From NCBI GenBank assembly GCA_038230375.1, contig JBBRNJ010000048.1, positions 1 through 64,000 on the forward strand: DNA of 64,000 bases. Direction: 5' to 3'. Origin of the DNA: Polyangiales bacterium. GTDB lineage: Bacteria; Myxococcota_A; Polyangia; Polyangiales; Polyangiaceae. The number at the start of each line of letters is the position of its first letter. Within the stretch, counting starts at the first letter, position 1. Under the pieces are notes generated by a model. The model was given only the letters and a program-made list of their open reading frames with translations. It was not told where the DNA came from and made no database searches. A program made the position numbers and the translations under genes. This document shows, in pieces, positions 1 through 8,814 of the stretch.

Positions 1-117
1 CTCCCAGACGGCGTAGATGGGGCGAACGCGCGCGTCGATCGCGCGGGTGTCGTCGGCGAGCTGGAGGCGGCGCTTGGAGGGACCGGCCTCGGGCGCGATG
101 GGGAGTCTTCGTTGCAT
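1..117 (-). CDS. 5' fragment of a probable radical SAM (SPASM, splicease/GDL-associated-like) protein; runs off the window
   Basis: Hand translation MQRRLPIAPEAGPSKRRLQLADDTRAIDARVRPIYAVWE. The PxYAVWE motif typically precedes ITLxCxxxCxxC in this rSAM group. The ATG overlaps the stop of 117..413 (TGATG). The Cys motif is outside the window. Confidence 0.6.
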   Translation of the reverse strand, partial: MQRRLPIAPEAGPSKRRLQLADDTRAIDARVRPIYAVWE

Positions 118-413
118 CAACGATCAGTCGCCGCCGGAATCTCGCCAGCGCCACCTTCTCCGTGGACTCCAGAGTCAGCTGCGGGAGCGCCGTAGAGCGC
201 AGTGGTCGACGTGGATGAGCAGCCCGTGATCGCCGTTGCGCCTGCCACGGCCGCTGCGGCCGCGCCGAAGAGGAGCCGACTGCGCGTGCGTGCGCCCACC
301 ATGCCGGGGTTGCCGGTCCTGGCGGCGGAGGACGTGGATGCGCCGCAGAAGGGGCATGCATCCTCGGAGCTCTTCACATGACGGCTGCAGCCCTGGCAGA
401 GAAGAAACGACAT
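117..413 (-). CDS. Small Zn-ribbon/lipoprotein-like protein with LYG motif; candidate rSAM substrate
   Basis: CxxC...CPFC N-terminus, hydrophobic stretch ending ITGC, then TTALYGAP; coupled to the downstream gene. Confidence 0.7.
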   Translation of the reverse strand: MSFLLCQGCSRHVKSSEDACPFCGASTSSAARTGNPGMVGARTRSRLLFGAAAAAVAGATAITGCSSTSTTALYGAPAADSGVHGEGGAGEIPAATDR

Positions 414-508
414 AGCTCGAGCTTATCAGAGGTCGCAGCGGCCGCAATCGAAAGTCAGGTCCTCAAGCTCCCCCGCCCTGCGTCGTTCTCTGCGTAGAGG
501 TTCCGCCC

Positions 509-1888
509 GTGGCTCCCAATCCCAAACTGCCTGACGCCGTGCTCGAGGACACCTGGTTCGGAGAGGACGAGGCCGCGGTGGAGGCGAAGGCCAAGGAGAG
601 CGCGGCGGCGCTCGTGGCGCGCATCCATGCCGTGCGTCCACTCCCGGTCGCTGCGAAGGAGCTCGCGATGCGCGCCGGGGACCCGGATGCGTCGGTCGCG
701 GAGATCGCGTCGATCCTCGAGCAGGATCCTGCGCTCGCGGCCCGCGTGCTCCGCCTCGTGAACTCTGCGGGCTTCGGACTGGCGACGCGATGCAAGACCG
801 TGCTGCACGCCGTGTCGATGCTCGGCATCGCGCGTATACACGAGCTCGCGTTCAGCTCCGCCGCGTTCGCGATGTTCGAGGGCGACAACGACGTGAACAA
901 GCACGTCGTCGAGCACTCGCTTGCCGTGGCGACCATCGCCAGGCGACTCTCCCATCGGTTCAACGTGCGCGGTGACGACGTCTATCTTTGCGCGCTCCTC
1001 CACGACATCGGCAAGCTGATGATGCTCGACGCGCAGCAAGAGGGCTACGAGGCCCTGCTCGCCGAGCACGACCACAGCGCGGACACGCTGCATATCGCCG
1101 AGCGCGCGGCGTACGGCTTCGACCATGCCGTGCTGGCGGGCCTGATGCTGGAGACGTGGCGGCTGCCCTCTCCCGTGCCGGAGGTCGTGGGCTTCCATCA
1201 CAAGCCGGGCCGCGCGGGCGAATGTCCGCCGGCCACCGCCACGATGCTCCACATCCTGCGCCTCGCGGACTACATCGCTCACGTGGCGGACGACGAGGCT
1301 CCCTCGAGCGAGCTGCTCGCGCGCCTCGACTGCATGGAGTCGGCGGTGGCGCTGGACCTCACAGGCAGCGACGTCGCCGCCATGTGGCCCGATCTCAGGA
1401 CAGCCGTGCGGGCGAGCCGCAACCAGGAACCAGAGGTCGAGATGGAGGAGGCGCCGCCCTCATCGCGCCGCAGGGAGAAGACGAAGCACGAGGTGCCGGT
1501 GCTCGCCTGCGCGGAGTGTGGACACCACACGGACGGCCAGCTCTGTGCACGGTGCCTCAGGCCGCTCTGCCGGGCGCACGCGGTGGACCGCGGCTGCTGC
1601 ACGCTCTGCGAGGCGGAGTTTCGCGAGCCAACGCAAGAGCGCAGCGCGATGATGAAGCGCTTCCGCGATGCGGGCGCGAGCGCCAGTGCGGGCGCGGTGA
1701 TCGGTGTCCTGGGCTACCTCTTCAGGCATGAGATGGCGGGCCGCACGGCGCTCTTTGGTGGGCTCGCGCTGGTGCTGCTCGGAGTGCTGTTCGTGTCGCA
1801 GGCGCTCCACCGGCGCTGGAAGCTGCGCGCCCGGTTCCTCGGGAGCCTGTCGCCCACGGAGCCGCCGAAGCGACTCAAACCGCGGTGA
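509..1888 (+). CDS. HDOD domain protein with C-terminal Cys/His cluster and two TM segments
   Basis: DPALAARVLRLVNSA, LLHDIGKL, GFDHA, W.LP and HH motifs; CxxC..CxxC..CxxH..CCxxC; hydrophobic C-terminus. Confidence 0.85.
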   Translation: MAPNPKLPDAVLEDTWFGEDEAAVEAKAKESAAALVARIHAVRPLPVAAKELAMRAGDPDASVAEIASILEQDPALAARVLRLVNSAGFGLATRCKTVLHAVSMLGIARIHELAFSSAAFAMFEGDNDVNKHVVEHSLAVATIARRLSHRFNVRGDDVYLCALLHDIGKLMMLDAQQEGYEALLAEHDHSADTLHIAERAAYGFDHAVLAGLMLETWRLPSPVPEVVGFHHKPGRAGECPPATATMLHILRLADYIAHVADDEAPSSELLARLDCMESAVALDLTGSDVAAMWPDLRTAVRASRNQEPEVEMEEAPPSSRRREKTKHEVPVLACAECGHHTDGQLCARCLRPLCRAHAVDRGCCTLCEAEFREPTQERSAMMKRFRDAGASASAGAVIGVLGYLFRHEMAGRTALFGGLALVLLGVLFVSQALHRRWKLRARFLGSLSPTEPPKRLKPR

Positions 1889-1892
1889 CGAA

Positions 1893-3389
1893 CTACCGCG
1901 TGAAGCGGTGCCATTCCTCGTCGTAGTAGCGGACCAGCGCCTGGTTGTTCAGGCGGTTCTCCTCGATCCCGGACGGCCGCTGCATGTCGGGTGATAGCCA
2001 GAACAGGCCGCCCACGTTTTCGTCCGTCAGATAGCGGAGGCCCGCGGGTACGTGTGTGGGCACCGGGAACGACTCGCGGGCGGCGAGCGCATAGCCCCAC
2101 TCACCGAACGCAGGCACGAACGCGTGGTACGGACGCACGAAGAAGCCCGCCGCCTCGAGCGAGCTCACCACGCACCAGAACGACCTTCGCGCGACGAGCG
2201 GTGACGTGCTCTGCACCGACACGCGCGCGCCCGGCGCAAGGTGCTCCGCGAGCGTCCGGTAGAAGTGGACCGTGTACAGCTTGCCGAGCGAGAAGTTGTT
2301 CGGGTCCGGAAAGTCGACGATACCCACGTCCCACTGAGCCTCCGGAGGCTGCGCGGCGAGCCAGACAAAAGCGTCGGCGTTGACGAGCGTCACGCGCGGG
2401 TCGTCGAACGAATGCTTGTTCAGCGCCGCGAGCTTTGGCAGCGTGCGCGCGAGCTCCGTCATCTGCGGGTCCAGATCCACGATCGTGATCGCGCCCACGT
2501 CCGGGTACGAGAGCAGCTCGCGCAGCGCAAGCCCGTCACCGCCGCCAAGGACCAGGACGCGTGCGTGTGAGTGCGCGGCGCTCATGGGCGGGTGCACCAG
2601 CGCCTCGTGGTACCGATACTCGTCGTACTCGGCGAACTGCAGGTTGCCGTCCAGGAACAGGTTCATACCGCCGTGGCCGGCCGTGATGCTGATGCGCTGG
2701 TAGGCGGTCTGGCGCGTGAGCAGGACGGGGTCCGTGAACGTCGCCTCGTCGGCTGCGGATACCAGGCGCGGCGTGAGGAGAGCAGCGCCTCCGAGCGCAA
2801 GGAAGGTGAGCACGCCGCGAACACGCAGCGGCCGCGCATCCGATACGAACAGGAACGTGGACCAGACGGCGGACGCGGCATGCACGAACCCGAACAGAAG
2901 CCCTGAGCGCAAGAAACCCAGCTTTGGCAAGAAGAACACGCCGAACGACACCGCGCCGATCAGCGCTCCCGCATAGTCGAGCGAGAGCGCACGCGCGACG
3001 AGATCACGGAAGACCACGTGGCGTCGCAACAGGCGGATGAGCAGCGGCAGCTCCGCGCCCACGAACGCGCCCGTGAGCAGCACCAGGAAGAAGAGCAGCG
3101 GACGCGTCGCGGTGGACCGCGCGAACGCCAGGTACAGGAGCGGCGCCGACAGTCCGCCCACGAGCGCCGCGCCCAGCTGCGCCGACACGAAGCCCGCCGC
3201 CGTGTCATCGATGAAGCGCGTGAGATATGCGCCGACGCCCATGGCGAAGAGATAGACGCCGATCACCACGGAGAGCTGCGTCACACTGTCGCCGAGCATG
3301 AACGTGGAGACCGCGCCAAGCGCGAGCTCGAACGCGAGCCCACACGCAGACATGAGCACGACGGTCAGGTAGACGAGCGCGCTTCGCAC
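1893..3389 (-). CDS. speE: Membrane-anchored polyamine aminopropyltransferase (spermidine synthase family)
   Basis: N-terminal multi-TM region, LFLDGNLQF, YHEALVHP, VLVLGGGDG, DFPDP; GTG start just after the stop of the upstream gene. Confidence 0.9.
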   Translation of the reverse strand: MRSALVYLTVVLMSACGLAFELALGAVSTFMLGDSVTQLSVVIGVYLFAMGVGAYLTRFIDDTAAGFVSAQLGAALVGGLSAPLLYLAFARSTATRPLLFFLVLLTGAFVGAELPLLIRLLRRHVVFRDLVARALSLDYAGALIGAVSFGVFFLPKLGFLRSGLLFGFVHAASAVWSTFLFVSDARPLRVRGVLTFLALGGAALLTPRLVSAADEATFTDPVLLTRQTAYQRISITAGHGGMNLFLDGNLQFAEYDEYRYHEALVHPPMSAAHSHARVLVLGGGDGLALRELLSYPDVGAITIVDLDPQMTELARTLPKLAALNKHSFDDPRVTLVNADAFVWLAAQPPEAQWDVGIVDFPDPNNFSLGKLYTVHFYRTLAEHLAPGARVSVQSTSPLVARRSFWCVVSSLEAAGFFVRPYHAFVPAFGEWGYALAARESFPVPTHVPAGLRYLTDENVGGLFWLSPDMQRPSGIEENRLNNQALVRYYDEEWHRFTR

Positions 3390-3390
3390 A

Positions 3391-4905
3391 TCACTTACCG
3401 CCGAAGCCGCCGGACGAGCCGCCACCGATGCGAACGCCGCCGCCGCCGCCGCTGTATGTGGTGCCACCGCTGCTGTACCCGCCAGACGTGCCGCTCCCGC
3501 CGCTGCATGCAGACGAGCACGCGCCAATGAAGACGAGCATGATGAAGATCACGATGATGGCGATGACAAGGCCGTTCATGCCCATGCCGCCGACGCGATT
3601 CGCGGCGGGCGCCTGTCCCGGATCGCCGAACGCGCCGGTGCGCCCGCGGATACCGAACGCGGCCTCGACGACGTCCCGCGGGATGGTCTGCGAGAAGGTC
3701 CAGTTCAGCTCGTTCTGCGTGCCGGTCTGCGCGCGCTCACTCGAGACCATGTAGCGGCCGTTCTCGAAATCGTCGCACCACACGGTCTCGTTGATGGCGA
3801 CCTTCCAGTAGAACTCACCCAGAACGTAGTCCACGCGCGCGGTGTTGGAGTTCCGCTTCCGGTACGTAGCGCCACGCACCATGACCGCGTTCGGGAGACC
3901 ACGGATGTCGACCTGCCCGGCAGGCAAATTCGAGCCGAAGCGCACGACGCCCTCATCCAGCACGAGCCAGCGATAGCCGTGTTGCTCGCTGTAGAGGAGG
4001 TACTCGCTCCACGAGAAGCTCTCGCCCTCGATCTGGGTGGAGCGGTGCATGTAGCCGATGCACATCCATTCCACGTTCTCGAGCGTGCCCTTCGCGCCCA
4101 GCGGGAGCCAGGGCTCCTGACGCGCCTTGCCCTGCTGCGCGATGACCTGGTTCGTCTCGAGGTCGGAGAGGGCGCCGCAGTATTTGCAGGCGATGCGCTC
4201 TGACTGGCCCGACGCGAGCGGGAGCGGGCCGCCGCAGCTCGGACACTTGGTGTCCTTCGACTTCACGACCTGCCCACGCGCGCCGAAGCCCACGCGCTGC
4301 ACGTTCAGCTCCGCGAGCTCCACCTCGTAACCAACATTCACGATGGGCGGGTGGGTTCCGTCGCCGTAGTCGATCTGCGCCGTCATGCCGTTCGGGCCCG
4401 ACAGATCGGCAAACTTGCGCAGCGACCCTGGCCGCGCCGCGAACGGCAGCTCGCCGTCGGCGCTGTGGAAGGTGCCCTGCCCGATCTCCGTGACGACGAA
4501 CATGCCGAAGGTGCCCAGCGGCACCTGTGACTGCACCTGGAGCTGGCCGGCGTTCGGCGCTGGCGCCTGCACCAGAGACACGACGCTCCATCGACCTTGG
4601 GCCTCCTCGATCCAGCCCGGATCGCGGCTGTCGAACGAGACGTAGTACTCGTCCCAGCTACCGCCGGCGGGATGCGCGAGCGTCAGCTTGCCGAGGACCT
4701 CGAAATTGCGGCCGCGAAAGTTGCCGCGGTCGTGAACGGCGAGCCCGCGGTCGGTGGTGACGACGTCCGCCACGCGTCCCAGGTTCTCGAGCCCGCGGTC
4801 CGAGCGCACGACGACGCTCTTGCAGCTCGCGCAGACCTGCGAAATCGACGCGCCGATCTTGAAGACGATCGGCGCTCCACACGAGGGACATTTGGCTTCC
4901 GCCAT
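3391..4905 (-). CDS. DUF4178 domain protein with Zn ribbons, C-terminal TM and Gly/Ser tail
   Basis: Two CPSCG...CxxC ribbons, two W.EY repeats, GELPF/GEFYW, TM helix, tail ending SSGGFGGK. Confidence 0.8.
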   Translation of the reverse strand: MAEAKCPSCGAPIVFKIGASISQVCASCKSVVVRSDRGLENLGRVADVVTTDRGLAVHDRGNFRGRNFEVLGKLTLAHPAGGSWDEYYVSFDSRDPGWIEEAQGRWSVVSLVQAPAPNAGQLQVQSQVPLGTFGMFVVTEIGQGTFHSADGELPFAARPGSLRKFADLSGPNGMTAQIDYGDGTHPPIVNVGYEVELAELNVQRVGFGARGQVVKSKDTKCPSCGGPLPLASGQSERIACKYCGALSDLETNQVIAQQGKARQEPWLPLGAKGTLENVEWMCIGYMHRSTQIEGESFSWSEYLLYSEQHGYRWLVLDEGVVRFGSNLPAGQVDIRGLPNAVMVRGATYRKRNSNTARVDYVLGEFYWKVAINETVWCDDFENGRYMVSSERAQTGTQNELNWTFSQTIPRDVVEAAFGIRGRTGAFGDPGQAPAANRVGGMGMNGLVIAIIVIFIMLVFIGACSSACSGGSGTSGGYSSGGTTYSGGGGGVRIGGGSSGGFGGK

Positions 4906-4952
4906 TCGTTACGAGTGTAGTCGATTTAGATGGGGACGGTTATAGTTCCGCC

Positions 4953-5306
4953 GTGCCGAATCTCGGAGAGGAGTGGATCGTGGACGCCGCAGAGTGCGAT
5001 CCGGGACGCCTGCGTGATCTCGCGGTCATCCAGGGCGTGCTGGGCGAGCTCGTGTCCGAGTTATCTCTCCACGTCGTGAGCCAGCCCCTGTTTCACAAAT
5101 TCGAGGGCGAAGGCGGCGTCACCGGGCTCTACCTGCTCGGCGAGTCCCACCTGGCATGTCACACGTATCCTGAGCATCAGAGCCTCACGCTCAACCTCTA
5201 TTCATGCAAGCCCAAGGCGCGGTTCGACTACGAAGGCTGCCTTGCGCGCAGCGTCGGCGCGAAGCAGGTTCGCGTGCAGCGGATCGCGCGGGGAGTGACA
5301 CCGTGA
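4953..5306 (+). CDS. speD: S-adenosylmethionine decarboxylase proenzyme
   Basis: HKF..GGVTG..LLGESHL..HTYPE pyruvoyl self-cleavage motif. Confidence 0.88.
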   Translation: MPNLGEEWIVDAAECDPGRLRDLAVIQGVLGELVSELSLHVVSQPLFHKFEGEGGVTGLYLLGESHLACHTYPEHQSLTLNLYSCKPKARFDYEGCLARSVGAKQVRVQRIARGVTP

Positions 5307-6313
5307 GCAAATACGACCCGAAGAACGCCACGGAGCTCGCGGTCGGCATGCGCGGTAAGCTCGGGAAGGACACGTTCGAGCTCGTCGGACGCGCACACGT
5401 CGCCTCGCGCGGGGGCGGTCATTGGAACGAGTGGCGCGCCATGTTCGCGTCGGGGCGCGAGGGCTGGCTTGCGGAGGCCGCGGCGCGCTTCTACCTGATG
5501 TTCGAGGCGCCCCTGCTGGACGTGGATGTTCCGCCGCCGGGCGCGCTGGTCAACACGCGATGGGTGATCGGAGAGCGCGACGAAGCGCGACGCGTGGCCA
5601 CATACGGGGATGTTCCGCCGCTCGACGAAGAGGCGCGTGACTACCGCTACGTTGATCTCTCGGGCCCCGACGGCCGGGTCGGCACCGTGGACTATGGGGA
5701 CGCGCACCCCCGCACGTTCGTCGGCCGCAAGGTGACGCTCGCCGAGCTGTCGCTCGCGCCCGCACGTGAGCCCATCTATGGGAAGGTGGCGCTCGGTGAG
5801 AAGCCGGACTCGGAGCTCGCGGTCGGAGGAAGCGTGTCAGTCAAAGGCGACGCGCACCGGCTCATCGCCACGGTGGTACGCAGCTCGCCCGACGACGATC
5901 CCGAAGACCCGGAAGAGAAAGACCCGCGCTTCTCGTGGCTCGAGCACCTGCTCTATCGCAAGGGCCATGGCCTCACATGGCTCGTGGAGCTGCCCGAGGA
6001 GTATCGCATCGTGGAGCAGGTCGAGGCAGGCGCCGTGGAGATCCGCGATGGCACCGCCCGATATGCGGGGGTCACGTGGAAGAAGACGCACTCAGGTCTG
6101 GCGCGCACCGACGGCGCGTGGGGCGCGTTGCCGTGGGTGCCTCGAATCGGCGAGGAATCGACCGCGATCGACTACGAGCACAAGGCCCGCGGGCTCTCCG
6201 TCGAGCAGAACCAGCGGGAGGTCGCCTGGGCAGTCTCCACACCGCTCGATGAAGACGAACTCGTGTATGCTCCCGAACATCCAACGAAGGGGCGTCCCCC
6301 TGTGAGGAAATGA
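5303..6313 (+). CDS. DUF4178 domain protein (soluble paralog)
   Basis: WNEW...GWLAE, YVDLSGPDG..GTVDYG and FSWLEHLLY parallel the 3391..4905 protein; GTGA overlap with speD. Confidence 0.75.
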   Translation: MSKYDPKNATELAVGMRGKLGKDTFELVGRAHVASRGGGHWNEWRAMFASGREGWLAEAAARFYLMFEAPLLDVDVPPPGALVNTRWVIGERDEARRVATYGDVPPLDEEARDYRYVDLSGPDGRVGTVDYGDAHPRTFVGRKVTLAELSLAPAREPIYGKVALGEKPDSELAVGGSVSVKGDAHRLIATVVRSSPDDDPEDPEEKDPRFSWLEHLLYRKGHGLTWLVELPEEYRIVEQVEAGAVEIRDGTARYAGVTWKKTHSGLARTDGAWGALPWVPRIGEESTAIDYEHKARGLSVEQNQREVAWAVSTPLDEDELVYAPEHPTKGRPPVRK

Positions 6314-6316
6314 CCC

Positions 6317-6535
6317 ATGCAGCTCGAAGCGCTCGGACACACCCTGCTCAACACGTCGTGCTTCGTCCTGCTCGGCCTCATGCTGTTCGGCATCGCGTTC
6401 TTCATCATCGTCAAGGTGACGCCGTTCTCGATCCGCAAGGAGATCGAGGACGACCAGAACACGTCGCTCAGCATCATCATCGGCAGCGTGTTCATCGGCA
6501 TCGCGCTGATCATCGCCGCCGCGATCCACGGATAG
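6317..6535 (+). CDS. DUF350 family small membrane protein
   Basis: Two TM segments with K.TPF.I.KEI..DQN.SL.II motif. Confidence 0.85.
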   Translation: MQLEALGHTLLNTSCFVLLGLMLFGIAFFIIVKVTPFSIRKEIEDDQNTSLSIIIGSVFIGIALIIAAAIHG

Positions 6536-6536
6536 A

Positions 6537-7190
6537 ATGACCACCCGGCGGCGCGTTCTGCTGGCGAACATCTCGCTGGTCGCCGCCTGCGCGCTGATAT
6601 ACGAGCTCTCGCTCTCCACGCTCGCCAGCTTCACGCTCGGCGACGCCGTGCGCGAGTTCTCTATCACCTTGGGGCTCTACCTCTTCGCGATGGGCCTTGG
6701 AGCGCTTGCATCGCAGCGCATCCACAAGAACCTGGTGCGGGCCTATGTCGTGTGCGAGCTCGCACTCGCGCTCACCGGCGCCGCCAGCGTGCCTGTGGTC
6801 ATGCATGTGGGTGGCGGCGTTCAGCACGTGCTCCTTTATGCGTTCATCGTCGCCGTTGGTGCGCTCGTGGGGGTGGAGCTGCCGCTGCTCATGCGCCTGC
6901 AGAAGGAGGAGGCAAGCGCGGAGGACGCGGTCTCGACCTCGCTCGCTTCGGACTACGCGGGGTCACTCATTGCGTCCATCCTCTTCCCCCTGATCGCAGT
7001 CCCAGTCCTGGGCCTGGTGCGCACCGCGCTCCTCACCGGCGCGGTGAATGCGGCGCTGGCTGCGGCGGTGTGCTTCGTGCTCCTGCCGCGTGAGCGCACC
7101 GCGCTTGCCGTTCCTGCGTGCATGGTCTCGGCGGCGCTTCTCGGCCTCACCATCGGGACGGACGCCCTTCATTTCGTCCCGAGCGAATAG
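6537..7190 (+). CDS. Stand-alone membrane domain of the SpeE type (no catalytic domain)
   Basis: AC.LIYEL, LGD.V..FS..LG.YLFAMG.GA, VGVELPLL and DYAGSL match the N-half of 1893..3389. Confidence 0.75.
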   Translation: MTTRRRVLLANISLVAACALIYELSLSTLASFTLGDAVREFSITLGLYLFAMGLGALASQRIHKNLVRAYVVCELALALTGAASVPVVMHVGGGVQHVLLYAFIVAVGALVGVELPLLMRLQKEEASAEDAVSTSLASDYAGSLIASILFPLIAVPVLGLVRTALLTGAVNAALAAAVCFVLLPRERTALAVPACMVSAALLGLTIGTDALHFVPSE

Positions 7191-7194
7191 GTGC

Positions 7195-8814
7195 ATGATG
7201 CAACCTTCTCGTCGTGACATGCTCGCGCTCATGCTCTCGCTGCCCGTGGCCACCGCGGCGTGCACGAAGAAGCCTCGCGTCCCGCCCGGCGAGATCCCGT
7301 TCCGCCCGGAGCTCCTGGGACATCGCCTCCGGGACGGCAGTGGTCCGGCAGCAGACACGGCGAACGCCACGGGCGAGCGCGTGGTGATCGTCGGGGGCGG
7401 CGTCGCGGGCCTCTCCGCGGCACGCAGGCTCTCGCGCGCGGGCGTCTCCGACTACGTGCTCGTCGAACTGGATTCCGTGCTCGGCGGCACCGCGCGCTCC
7501 GGCAGCTTCGGGCCTTCGCCGGCTCCATGGGGCGCGCACTACGTCACGCTGCCCATGGCGCACAACAAGGCGTTCGTGCGTTTGCTGGACGAGGCGGGCG
7601 CCATCGCCGGCTTCGACCATCAGGGCGAGCCGGTGGCGAAGGAGTCGCACCTGTGCCGCGATCCAGAGGAGCGGATCTTCCACGACGACGAGTGGCACGA
7701 AGGGCTCATCCCGCCCACGGATGATCCGCGGAGCCAGGCGGAGCTCGCGCGCTTCAACGCCGAGATCGACTCGCTCGCGGCGTGGAAGGACGCAAAGGGC
7801 CGTCGGGCCTTCGCGATCCCGCGCGCGCTGTCCTCCGACGACGCCGAGATCACCGCGCTGGACCGGACCACCTTCGCGGACTGGCTCGACAGGAAGGGCT
7901 TCCGTGACTCCCGCGTACGGTGGCTCACACGCTATGCCTGCCGCGACGACTACGGCACCACGCCCGAGCACACCAGCGCGTGGGCAGGCCTCTTCTACTT
8001 CGCAGCGCGCAAGAGGGCGGCGGGCGCGGCGCCGCAAGCCGTGCTGACATGGCCTGAAGGCAACGGGCGCCTGGTGTCGGTGCTCGCTTCGCAGGCGACG
8101 GGTCGCCGCATGCTCGGTGTGGGGGTGACCTCCCTGGAGCCGCGGCCGGACGCAAGCAAGGTGTCCGTTTGTGCGCTGCGTGCAGACGGCACTCCCATGT
8201 GCATGGACGCGGACCGTGTGATCTTCGCTGGGCCGCAGCTCCTTGCGAAGGTGCTCATCGCGCCGTACCGCCGCGCTCCCCCGCCCCACGTCCAGAGCTT
8301 CGACTACTCGCCCTGGATGGTAGCGAACCTCACGCTCGCAGAGCGCCCGCGGCGCGTGGGATTCCCCTTTGCGTGGGACAGCGTGCTCTCCGAGTCGCCG
8401 TCGCTTGGCTACGTGACGGCCACGCACCAGACCGGTCAGGACCACGGCCCCACCGTCCTCACCTACTACTACCCGCTCACCGGCGACGACGTTCGCGCGG
8501 AGCGCCAGAAGCTGCTCGCGCTTGGCCGCGACGAGTGGGCGGACGTCGCGCTCACAGATCTTGCGACCGCGCACCCCGATGTCTTCGCGCTGTGCACACG
8601 CGCGGATGTGATGCGATGGGGCCATGCGATGGTGCGACCCACGCCGGGCCTGGCCGCCACGCTGGAGAAGGCGCGCGCGCCGTTCCAGAACATCTACTTC
8701 GCCAACACGGACCTCTCCGGCCTCGCGCTCTTCGAGGAGGCATTCCATCACGGCATCCGCGCGGCAGAGGAGGTGCTCTCCGCGCGCGGCATCCCGTTCG
8801 AGTCGTGGCTGTGA
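7195..8814 (+). CDS. FAD-dependent oxidoreductase (amine oxidase-like) with Tat/lipoprotein-like leader
   Basis: SRRDML leader and TAAC; VVIVGGGVAGLSAA, GG.ARSG, WGAHY, RWGHAM, DLSG..LFEEA. Confidence 0.85.
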   Translation: MMQPSRRDMLALMLSLPVATAACTKKPRVPPGEIPFRPELLGHRLRDGSGPAADTANATGERVVIVGGGVAGLSAARRLSRAGVSDYVLVELDSVLGGTARSGSFGPSPAPWGAHYVTLPMAHNKAFVRLLDEAGAIAGFDHQGEPVAKESHLCRDPEERIFHDDEWHEGLIPPTDDPRSQAELARFNAEIDSLAAWKDAKGRRAFAIPRALSSDDAEITALDRTTFADWLDRKGFRDSRVRWLTRYACRDDYGTTPEHTSAWAGLFYFAARKRAAGAAPQAVLTWPEGNGRLVSVLASQATGRRMLGVGVTSLEPRPDASKVSVCALRADGTPMCMDADRVIFAGPQLLAKVLIAPYRRAPPPHVQSFDYSPWMVANLTLAERPRRVGFPFAWDSVLSESPSLGYVTATHQTGQDHGPTVLTYYYPLTGDDVRAERQKLLALGRDEWADVALTDLATAHPDVFALCTRADVMRWGHAMVRPTPGLAATLEKARAPFQNIYFANTDLSGLALFEEAFHHGIRAAEEVLSARGIPFESWL

